Shown here: one piece after another, positions 13,901-25,600 of the stretch
Layout: every line of letters starts with the position of its first letter
How positions within the stretch are numbered: position 1 is the first letter of the stretch
Assembly (NCBI GenBank): GCA_032718475.1
Contig: JAUCBJ010007670.1
Span: forward strand, 1-47,648
DNA length: 47,648 bases
Reading direction: 5' to 3'
Source: Nemertoderma westbladi
Taxonomy: Eukaryota; Animalia; Xenacoelomorpha
Program-made: the position numbers and the translations under genes
Notes under the pieces: generated by a model
Databases searched by the model: none
What the model saw: the letters and a program-made list of their open reading frames with translations, nothing else
Told to the model about the DNA's origin: nothing

Positions 13901-16900
13901 TATTCCTCTCACAACCTCCACAACATTCATCAATAATAGACCATCCACTACCTTCTGGCTCTCTCACAAGTCACCACCGGTTAGAGCCTCCCTCGACTAA
14001 TGACTCTTACGACAGTGACATTTTCTGCGGCAGTTTACTGGACGAAACCGTTATTGCACAGATCATCACTTCCAGTACGACTCTGATTGCCCCATCATCC
14101 CCGCCGGAGGTCCCCACCCCGGCACTCCCAGACTTCCACTCATGCACGCTCGCGTTTAACTGGAACGGTATTCCCGGTGAGGTTTACCTGGGTCGCCTCA
14201 AACTAGCATACGACGAGATAGCTCATTGGAACTCCAGTTTGTTCGAGATTCCTCGATCTCAGGCGGGTAAAGAGTTTATATCGGCGATGACTAAACTGCT
14301 AAATGCGTTTGGCGAGGGTTCCAGTATGGAGGGCTTGGCGATGTATGCAGTCATGGTAATGCCCAAATTAATGCTGCAAGCTGCGACGAGACCGGTTGAA
14401 CCTGGTGGCAGTGTGAGTAAGACTCTGCAGAGGAGGTTGGAACTATGGCGGGAAGGAAACATTGAGGAACTCTTACTTGAAGGGCGCGCTCTGGTTGCTC
14501 GCAGGAAGGGCCTCGGGAATAAAATACACCCGGACCATTCCCGGAAGCGGTTTATTCACGCCATGAACAAAGGCCGAGTTGGCGCCGCGGTAGATATCGT
14601 TGAAGATGGCACTGGTTCCAGAGTCCTTGGGATCGATGAGGAAATCGGTGGAAAAACGGTAAAGGATATTCTAATATATTAATTTAATTGCGCCATGGTA
14701 CTGGCATTATGGTAGATAAAAACGGTATTTAATTAAATCAAATAAATAAGTAAAAACGTTAAAGAGTTAAAAGAGTTCGGTAAATTACGTATCATTAGAG
14801 GCCCAGGAGGTTAGCGTTCGCGAGTTTTCCTTGCATGTTAGTAGGTGGTATAGTGGGGCCGGGTCTCCGCACAGCAGACATACACAGCTCTCCAGGTTGG
14901 GGGCATGAAATTTATCTGTCGCACAGATCTTATGATGAAATCCGTGGACCGATACCCGTGTTGTTACGTGCCGACCGGATTGGTTAGGTTCTGTCCATTT
15001 TCGGTTCTGGAATGCCGGGCTGCTCCAGAACTCGACCGGAATTTCCGACTTCTTGGTTACGATATCTGCTCTATATTCCATCAAGGCAGCCGTATCGTTT
15101 AGGTGCAGATTACAAATGATGTCCTCGACTAGAGTGTTCTCCCCGCACAAAGCTATCACAAGGCGATTCAATGTGCTTTTGTGTACGCCCAAGGTTTTCT
15201 TTAGGTAATTAGTCTTTACTCTGTCAATTGTATGGAGGTTCGCGGTAGTCAGATGAGGCCAGATTAGATGTAGGTTGTACGTTATTATGGGTCGTATCTT
15301 TATGTTGAATACTTTTATAGCGGTCGCCAGAGAAAGATAACGCGGGTTTGTAATGTTGTGGATAGACATTATAGATTTACAACAGATATTTGTAATGTGT
15401 GTCGAAAAGGATAACGTTGGCTGGAAAGTAACACCCAAATATGTGTAAGCGTTTCGGATTATAACAGGTTGCTGGTTGTAATAAAACTCATCTGCTTTAC
15501 AAAGTTTACCTCCCCGTCGAAACTTGATCACGGCAGTTTTCTTTAAATTGACTGTGAGACCATTCAGAGCCGCCCACTCTGATAGAGCATTGAGGCCGGC
15601 TTGTAGACTTTCCCTGGTGTGTGAGTAAAACAGTAGATCGTCGGCAAACAGTAATATTACTAAAATGTCAGCCCGCTTGAGCGCATCTACCAGATCCGCA
15701 ATGTATAGTATAAATAAATAAGGACTGAGTGTATCACCCTGTAATAGGCCGATCAGCTGGCTTATTGGTTTGGTTTTACGCAACCCATCGAAGACTTGTA
15801 TGTAATTGGTCGATAGTAGTATTTCTATAAATCGCAGCATTCTTCCTTTGAGCCCAAATAAACGGCGCAGTTTCTCGATGAGTTTAGGTCTTGGAACGGA
15901 ATCGAATGCTTTCTTGAAATCCACAAAGCATGCGTACAGGGGTCTCCTTGGTTGGTCGAGGTTACAGTTTATATCATGGAGCAATTGTTCAATGGGTTGT
16001 GCCGTAGAAGGATATTCTAATAGAAAAACACCCTGGACCGGGTCCAATAGATCCCTCTTTAATCGAAACCTCCTGGCCAGATTCTGTAGATTTTCATCCC
16101 GCGGTCTTTGATAGCATCAATAGTGACGCCGTGCTCTCCTGTGTACTCCACTCCCACGGTTCCCCAGGTCCCTCCGGCCTCGATGCAGACGCCTGGCGAC
16201 GCGCCATGACAGCCTTCGGTAATGTATCCTGCGACCTTAGGAAGGCCGTGGCAGGGGTAGCGAGGCGTTTGGCGACGGAACACATCGACTCCGCGAGTTT
16301 ACTTCCCTACAACGCGAGTCGGTTAGTGCCACTCGATAAACAACCAGGGGTTCGACCAATTGGTGTGGGCGAGGTACTACGGAGGATTATTGGGAAGGTG
16401 GTCGGGAGGATAGCGAAGTTCGACCTTGGTGAGCTGGCGGGTAACACCCAACTGTGTGCGGGGCAAGTCGGTGGTATAGAACACGCTGTGCATGCCCTAC
16501 GGGAACACTTTGAACAGCCTGAATGCGACGGCCTCCTTTTGATTGACGCAAAGAATGCGTTCAACGCCTTGAGTCGCCGTTTAACCCTTCTGAACTGCCA
16601 GGTACTTTGTCCAGTTCTCTTCACCATCCTAACCAATTCCTATCGGGAACCGTCGCCGCTTTTCGTAGGAAATGACGTTATCTGGTCGCAAGAGGGGTCA
16701 ACCCAAGGGGATTCTCTGGCGATGCAGATGTTTGCAGTCGGCACATTGCCAATGGTTAAGAAACTAGAACCTATTCTTATGAATTGCCACACGTATGTGG
16801 CTTCCCCCATCCAACCTTTGGGTTCCCCCCACCAACCTTCGGGTACCCCGCTCAAACCGGCGGGTTTCCCCATTCAACCGGCGGTTTCCCCCCTCCAACC

Positions 16901-19645
16901 TCCGGATTCCCCCCTCCAACCGGTGGGCTCCCCCCGCCAACCGGTGGGCTCCCCCCTCCAACCGGTGGGCCCCCACCTCCAACCAGTGGGTTCCCCCCTC
17001 CAACCTCCGGATTCCCCCCTCCAACCGGTGGGCTCCCCCCGCCAACCGGTGGGCTCCCCCCGCCAACCGGTGGGCTCCCCCCTCCAACCGGTGGGCCCCC
17101 CCCTCCAACCAGTGGGTTCCCCCCTCCAACATTCGGGCTCCCCCCTCAAACCTTCGGGTTCCCCCCTCCAACCTTCGGATTCCCCCCTCAAACCTTCGGG
17201 CTTCCCCCTCGAATGGGCGGTTTCCCCCCTTCAACCATCGGGTTCCCCCCTCCAACCTTTGGGTTCCCCCCTCCAAACTTCGGGCTCCCCCCTCAAACCT
17301 TTGGGTTCCCTCATCAAACCTACGGGTCCCCCGCTCCAACCTACGGGTCCCCCGCTCCAACCGGCGGGTTCCACCCTCCAACCTTCGGGTCCCCACCCCC
17401 AACCGGTGGTTTCACCCCTCCAACCATCGGGTTCCCCCCTCCAATCCTCGGGTCCCCCCCTCCAACCATCAGGTCCCCTCCTTCAACTATTGGGTTCCCC
17501 CCTCCAACATTTGGGTTCCCCCCTCCAACTATCGGGTTCCCCCTTCCAATCTCCGGTTCCCCCTTCCAACCTTTGGGTTCCCCCCTCCAACCTTCGGGTT
17601 CCCCCCTCCAACAGGCGGGTTCCCCCTTCCAACCGGTGGGTTCCCCCCTCCAACCGGAGGGTTCCCCCCTCCAACCGGTGGTTTCCCCCCTCCAACTGGC
17701 GGGTTCCCCCCTCCAACCAGGGGGTTCCCCCCTCCAATCTTCGGGTTCCCCCCTCCAACCTTCGGGTTCCCCCCTCCAACCGGCGGGTCCCCCCCAACAA
17801 CCATTGGGTTCCCCCCTCCCAACGGCGGGATCCAAATTCCAACAGGCAGGTTCCCCCCTCCAACAGGCGGGTTGCCCCCTCCAACAGGCAGGTTCCCCCC
17901 TACAACCACAACCGGCGGTTCCCCCCCTACAACCGGCGGTCTCCTCCACCCAACCAGGGGTTTACCCAGACCGAGAGGCGGTTTCATCGGATCCGATGAC
18001 CTTTCCGGGTATCCACAAGTGGTATGCGGATGATGGCAGCGCTGCTGGTAACCTCGGAATGCTACGTGACTATTGGGAGGAAGCGGCTACCATCGGGCCT
18101 GGCTATGGATATTACCCCACAAAGGCATTTCTTATTGTGAAGAACTCAAAGCGCGAAGAGGCCAACGCGATTTTCTCTGGCCTCCCTGTTGAAGTGGTCG
18201 ATGGTCATCGAGTCCTGGGGTCCGTAATAGGGTCCACATCCTACTGTGCTGGGTATCTGGAGAAGCGAGTTGATGTCATCTGTCGCCAACTAAAACACCT
18301 CAACGATTTCGCAGTGACTGCTCCCCACCCCGCGTACGGATGCCTGGTCCGTGGCTTACAGCCAAAGGTAAACTTCTTGGCTCGCACCACACCCGGGTTA
18401 GTCGGTCACTTGGATCGAGTTGAGGAAACACTCTCCAGCACAGTCATCCCGACACTCACTGGCAGATACCCACCCGGCCTTTCGGAACGACAGCTGCTGG
18501 CACTCCCTGTGAGGGAGGGGGGGGCTAGCTATAAATCAACCTCAGGATGAGGTGGAAAGCTATGAGAAGTCGTTGCGACTCTGCGAGCCCCTACGGTGTT
18601 CGGACCCAGCCGCTCGTACAACACAGCAGACCATCCTGCGTGAGATCCGCAAGGAGCAGGATGAGGCTGTGAAGACTCGATGTGCGGCGGTTGATGCTCA
18701 ACTGTCCGGAGACGCCCTCTACCATCGGACACTGGCGAAGGAGCGTGGAGCGTCAGCATGGCTCTCGGCCCTACCCATTTCCAGATACAACTTTTCCCTA
18801 CACAAATCCGCTTTCCGGGATGCGTTGTGTCTGCGATTTGGGTGGGAGCCCCCGAGGCTGCCCGCCAACTGCTCCTGCGGTGCTGTATTCACCATCTCCC
18901 ACTCCCTTCACTGCCCTATGGGAGCCTACCCGATCCTGCGGCACAACGAGGTCCGCGATTTCCTCGCCGAGCTCCTCAGCGAGGTCGCACACGACGTTGA
19001 GGTGGAACCCCATCTCCAGCCGATCGAGGGCGAGTCTTTCCGCCTGAGATCTGCTACGGTAGACCCGGAGGCCCGTCTGGACGTTGCGGCGAGTGGGCTG
19101 TGGGGTGGGCGCTTCGAGCGGGTGTATATCGACGTCAAGGTATTCAACCCTCTGTGCTCCTCCAATCCTCGCTCCATGGATGCTGCTTACAGCAAACATG
19201 AGCGAGAGAAACGGAGGAAGTACGAGGAGAGAATCAATGACATCGAGCACGCCGGCTTCTCGCCTTTTGTAATTGCTACAACTGGTGGGGCCAGCCGCTC
19301 AGCCCACGCGCTCCTCACACGCATTGCGCTCTTACTGTCGGCGAAACGGGATGCTCCCTACTCGCAGACTCTCTCCCTCATCAGGACTCGGTTGAGTTTC
19401 GCCCTCCTCCGTTCCTCCATCATGTGCCTCCGGGGCGCACGGAAGCCGAAGGCTAGGCTGGCAACGAGACAGACGATGCGGGAGACCGGCGTGAGCGCGG
19501 CTGTAGCCGAGGCTGGGATTGCATTAAATAGTTTCAACAATAATTATTAATTACCTACAATTTGTTGACATTAATTAATTCATTATGCTGCTTGTTTGTT
19601 AATGTTTATTTTATTTGTAATTGAAATAAAGAAATTTAGTATAAT

Positions 19646-19683
<38 letters not shown>

Positions 19684-22600
19684 CCATCTTGTTTTTTAAT
19701 TCCATAATTAATATTCTAGAATTGAGTAAAAAAAACATTAGAATTATAGCGATTTACGTCACAAAAATTTACACCTTAGTATTTTTATAATATCTCCGGA
19801 AGTTCTTGGTGAAATTTACAACGGGTTTCAGATTCGGAATCTGCAGATGAAGGCGGTTCTAATGATATCTAGATTTCATTCCAAAGACGAAAAATAAAGC
19901 CGACAGAGGTGGTTAAATATTGCGAAATAGACGATTTTTAACGACTTGTTGTATCGAAATAGCTCATAAATTAAAAAATCCGGCCAGGCCACCAGTAAGA
20001 AAAGGTATCGATCTATCATCACACCGAATTTTGTAGCATTTTGTTGAAATTTGAAAAAAATAGGGGGGGGGGCTCCGACCCCATAAAAATGGTTGTTGTA
20101 TTAAGGGTTATGGTGTATATATAGAATGGCCTCCAGAGAACGATATTTCTTGCAATCTTTGAACGCCTATATCTCAGCTGTTTCTCAACGAAATTCAGAT
20201 ATCGTTATATTTGGAATCCTTGTAACGCAAGCTTTCTAATTATAAAAAAATACCACTATTGTGGATACTGGCGGCAATAGGAAGGGTGCAGGAGTGCAAG
20301 GAATTTCGCACCCACTACACTTTTTTTTAAACGCTTAAAAAAATTTAAAGCAAAAATTGAGAGTTATGACTTCATGCCAACCACGTTTATAATAACATCA
20401 CGAATATAATAAATTTACACCACTTTTACATTTGCCTGGCGAGGTATCTGATTGGTCGTTCGTAAATTTACCTGGCGAGGTATCTGATTGGTCGTTAACT
20501 TAACTGGCGAAGTATCTGATTGGTCGTTAATTTACCTGGCGAGCTATCTGATTGGTCGTAAACTCACCTGGCAAGGTATCTGATTGGTCGTTAACTTACC
20601 TGGCGAGGTATGTGATTGGTCGTTAACTTACCTGACGAGGTATCTGATTGGTCGTTAACTTACCTGGCGAGGTATCTGATTGGTCGTTAACTTACCTGAC
20701 GAGGTATCTGATTGGTCGTTAATTTACCTGGCGAGGTATCTGATTGGTCGTAAACTTACCTGGCAAGGTATCTGATTGGTCGTTAACTTACCTGGCGAGG
20801 TATCTGATTGGTCGTTAACTTACCTGGCGAAGTATCTGATTGGTCGTTAACTTACCTGACGAGGTATCTGATTGGTCGTTAATTTACCTGGCGAGGTATC
20901 TGATTGGTCGTTAACTTACCTGACGAGGTATCTGATTGGTCGTTAATTTACCTGGCGAGGTATCTGATTGGTCGTAAACTTACCTGACGAGGTATCTGAT
21001 TGGTCGTTAACTTACCTGACGAGGTATCTGATTGGTCGTTAATTTACCTGGCGAGGTATCTGATTGGTCGTAAACTTACCTGGCGAGGAATCTGATTGGT
21101 CGTTAACTTACCTGACGAGGTATCTGATTGGTCGTTAATTTACCTGGCGAGGTATCTGATTGGTCGTAAACTTACCTGGCAAGGTATCTGATTGGTCGTT
21201 AACTTAACTGGCGAGGTATCTGATTGGTCGTTAATTTACCTGGCGAGGTATCTGATTGGTCGTAAACTTACCTGGCAAGGCATCTGATTGGTCTTTATCG
21301 TTAACTTACCTGGCGAGGTATCTGATTGGTCGTTAACTTACCTGGCGAAGTATCTGATTGGTCGTTAACTTACCTGACGAGGTATCTGATTGGTCGTTAA
21401 TTTACCTGGCGAGGTATCTGATTGGTCGTTAACTTACCTGACGAGGTATCTGATTGGTCGTTAATTTACCTGGCGAGGTATCTGATTGGTCGTAAACTTA
21501 CCTGGCAAGGTATCTGATTGGTCGTTAACTTAACTGGCGAGGTATCTGATTGGTCGTTAATTTACCTGGCGAGCTATCTGATTGGTCGTAAACTTACCTG
21601 GCAAGGCATCTGATTGGTCGTTAACTTACCTGGCGAGGTATCTGATTGGTCGTTAACTTACCTGGCGAAGTATCTGATTGGTCGTTAACTTACCTGACGA
21701 GGTATCTGATTGGTCGTTAATTTACCTGGCGAGGTATCTGATTGGTCGTAAACTTACCTGGCAAGGTATCTGATTGGTCGTTAACTTACCTGGCGAGGTA
21801 TCTGATTGGTCGTTAACTTACCTGGCGAAGTATCTGATTGGTCGTTAACTTACCTGACGAGGTATCTGATTGGTCGTTAATTTACCTGGCGAGGTATCTG
21901 ATTGGTCGTTAACTTACCTGACGAGGTATCTGATTGGTCGTTAATTTACCTGGCGAGGTATCTGATTGGTCGTAAACTTACCTGACGAGGTATCTGATTG
22001 GTCGTTAACTTACCTGACGAGGTATCTGATTGGTCGTTAATTTACCTGGCGAGGTATCTGATTGGTCGTAAACTTACCTGGCGAGGAATCTGATTGGTCG
22101 TTAACTTACCTGACGAGGTATCTGATTGGTCGTTAATTTACCTGGCGAGGTATCTGATTGGTCGTAAACTTACCTGGCAAGGTATCTGATTGGTCGTTAA
22201 CTTAACTGGCGAGGTATCTGATTGGTCGTTAATTTACCTGGCGAGGTATCTGATTGGTCGTAAACTTACCTGGCAAGGCATCTGATTGGTCTTTATCGTT
22301 AACTTACCTGGCGAGGTATCTGATTGGTCGTTAACTTACCTGGCGAAGTATCTGATTGGTCGTTAATTTACCTGACGAGGTATCTGATTGGTCGTTAATT
22401 TACCTGGCGAGGTATCTGATTGGTCGTTAACTTACCTGACGAGGTATCTGATTGGTCGTTAATTTACCTGGCGAGGTATCTGATTGGTCGTAAACTTACC
22501 TGGCAAGGTATCTGATTGGTCGTTAACTTAACTGGCGAGGTATCTGATTGGTCGTTAATTTACCTGGCGAGCTATCTGATTGGTCGTAAACTTACCTGGC

Positions 22601-25600
22601 AAGGCATCTGATTGGTCGTTAACTTACCTGGCGAGGTATCTGATTGGTCGTTAACTTACCTGGCGAAGTATCTGATTGGTCGTTAACTTACCTGACGAGG
22701 TATCTGATTGGTCGTTAATTTACCTGGCGAGGTATCTGATTGGTCGTAAACTTACCTGGCAAGGTATCTGATTGGTCGTTAACTTACCTGGCGAGGTATC
22801 TGATTGGTCGTTAACTTACCTGGCGAAGTATCTGATTGGTCGTTAACTTACCTGACGAGGTATCTGATTGGTCGTTAATTTACCTGGCGAGGTATCTGAT
22901 TGGTCGTTAACTTACCTGACGAGGTATCTGATTGGTCGTTAATTTACCTGGCGAGGTATCTGATTGGTCGTAAACTTACCTGGCAAGGTATCTGATTGGT
23001 CGTTAACTTACCTGGCGAGGTATGTGATTGGTCGTTCGTTCACTTACGTGGCGAGGTATCTGATTGGTCGTTAACTTACCTGACGAGGTATCTGATTGGT
23101 CGTTAACTTACCTGACGAGGTATCTGATTGGTCGTTAATTTACCTGGCGAGGTATCTGATTGGTCGTAAACTTACCTGGCAAGGTATCTGATTGGTCGTT
23201 AACTTACCTGACGAGGTATCTGATTGGTCGTTAACTTACCTGACGAGGTATCTGATTGGTCGTTAACTTACCTGACGAGGTATCTGATTGGTCGTTAACT
23301 TACATGCGTATGCGAGGTATCTGATTGGTCGTTAACTTACCTGACGAGGTATCTGATTGGTCGTTAACTTACATGCGTATGCGAGGTATCTGATGGGTCG
23401 TTAACTTACGTGCGAGATATCTGATTGGTCGTTAACTTACCTGACGAGGTATCTGATTGGTCGTTAACTTACTTGCGAGGTATCTGATTGGTCGTTAACT
23501 TACGTGCGATGTATCTGATTGGTCGTTAACTTACCTGGCGAGGTATCTGATTGGTCGTTAACTTACGTGCGAGGTATCTGATTGGTCGTTAACTTACGTG
23601 CGAGGTATCTGATTGGTCGTTAACTTACCTGACGAGGTATCTGATTGGTCGTTAACGTACCTGGCGAGGTATCTGATTGGTCGTTAACTTACCTGGCGAA
23701 GTATCTGTTTGGTCGTTAACTTACCTGGCGAAGTATCTGATTGGTCGTTAATTTACCTGGCGAGGTATCTGATTGGTCGTTAATTTACCTGGCGAGGTAT
23801 CTGATTGGTCCGGACTGGATTCTCTATGAGTCGCCGTTTGTAGCCGATATAAGCCCCGAAGAAGGTTAGGGGAACCGAAACGAGGAACCACATAGCCAGG
23901 AGAGCGCAAAGAGTACCGAAAGGAAGGGCACCCGAAGAACCTGCGCGTAGACGATTAGATATAGACGATTAGGAGAACCAGGAAGTTGTAAAATATCAGA
24001 GGTAAAACAATCCACACCACTCAAATGCTATGGAACCTTAAAAAAGTCATTGAAATTGAGTGGATTGTTCTATCTCTGTGACAAGATCCCGAAGGTAAAA
24101 CTACCCACTCAGATAAAGAGGAAATGTTCTGTACATTTTCGTTTTGCTATGCCTCTCGGGAAAATATAGTGTTTAAAAGGAATCAGACTTTTCGGGATTC
24201 CCGGGACCGGGATTATCACTCTCGGGATCCCGATTTTCGGGAACGGGATTGCAATTTTGGATTAAATTCCTCAAAGTATGTGGCGGGTTTTGGGTAACAC
24301 TCATTTTATCTTAAAGTTCTGAAATATTAGTAAGATAAAGTTCTATTAAAATTATTCTGCAATTGATTACTGGATGGTTTACTGACATGAAAATTCGATA
24401 TAAGCAAAACATTTCCGTGCTGCTGGAACTGCTTACAGATTTTCAACAAATTTACTTAAATATATATTCTTCGAGATCCCGGTCCAAAAAAAAGTCGGGA
24501 TCGGGGTCGTTATAGGATTTTTTGACGCGATCCCTGTTTTTGGGGATCCAGTTTAAACACTAAATATAAATTAGCTTACTAACCTATAACCCAGAGCACG
24601 ATATTTACGATAAAGAGGATAGCAAAAGCGACTCCGGGGCAGAGGAAGGCTGTTAGTAAGACATTACTCTTCCAACGGATACCCCCAAAGGATTTGTAGA
24701 TGCGGGCGCTTACGTAGCCGGCTGGGGTGCCTAGCAACACGTAAACAACAAGGACGCAGGTTAGTAGAGCGCCCCTTTGCGCCGGACTGAGGAACCCAAG
24801 ACAAGCGCAGATTAGTGTGACCATCACCATGGTGATTATCTGGAATATTTGAGTCAAATAAATATAATTATTATGTAAAACCAGGCCTACCCAACCTACC
24901 TGCACTCCTCTACCTGCACTCCTCTACCACACAGACCAACCTACCTGCACTCCTCTACCACACAGACCAACCTACCTGCACTCCTCTACCACACAGACCA
25001 ACCTACCTGCACTCCTCTACCACACTGACCAACCTACCTACACTCCTCTACCACACTGACCAACCTACCTGCACTCCTCTACCACACAGACCAACCTACC
25101 TACACTCCTCTACCACACTGACCAACCTACCTGCACTCCTCTACCACACAGACCAACCTACCTACACTCCTCTACCACACTGACCAACCTACCTGCACTC
25201 CTCTACCACACAGACCAACCTACCTGCACTCCTCTACCACACAGACCAACCTACCTGCACTCCTCTACCACACTGACCAACCTACCTGCACTCCTCTACC
25301 ACACAGACCAACCTACCTACACTCCTCTACCACACTGACCAACCTACCTGCACTCCTCTACCACACAGACCAACCTACCTGCACTCCTCTACCACACAGA
25401 CCAACCTATCTGCACTCCTCTACCACACAGACCAGCTACCCGCACTCCTCTACCACACTGACCAACCTACCTGCACTCCTCTACCACACAGACCAACCTA
25501 CCTGCACTCCTCTACCACACTGACCAACCTACCTGCACTCCTCTACCACACTGACCAACCTACCTGCACTCTTCTACCACACAGACCAACCTACCTGCAC

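Larger units (their letters stand above)
11746..19681 (+). mobile_element. Apparently full-length CRE-clade non-LTR retrotransposon (single ORF: Cys-rich N-terminus, zinc finger, RT, restriction-like endonuclease), disrupted
   Basis: CCGC..CIRCVC..CTLC; CPVC..HGP..C; LIEKHP (restored after removing nested LINE); [32 protein letters not shown]; CSCG..H..C, RHN, RLDV..DVKV..EKRRKY; poly(A) 19651-19681; candidate TSD TCCATCT (11739-11745, 19683-19689). Lesions: stop 12161, frameshifts ~13317, ~17555, ~18520. Confidence 0.88.
11324..20115. mobile_element. Non-autonomous foldback DNA transposon with ~390-bp TIRs, split by the CRE element
   Basis: TA|CACCATAACCCTTAATACAACAACC...GGTTGTTGTATTAAGGGTTATGGTG|TA; arms 11324-11715 and 19705-20115 are imperfect reverse complements; further outer inverted arms at ~11104-11226 and ~20126-20247. 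Confidence 0.8.

Noticed and set aside
14785-16047. 420-aa ORF as a complete gene with its own start
   Set aside because: Its first codons come from antisense CRE sequence and the TSD; the LINE is 5'-truncated at 16007.
16793-18019. RT minisatellite removed as an intron (GTATGT at 16793)
   Set aside because: The candidate acceptors (17969, 18019) do not restore the frame into WYADD.
16764-18033. Overlapping Pro-rich and Gly-rich ORFs as host genes (extensin/collagen-like)
   Set aside because: By-product of a stop-free 21-bp unit embedded in the CRE RT.
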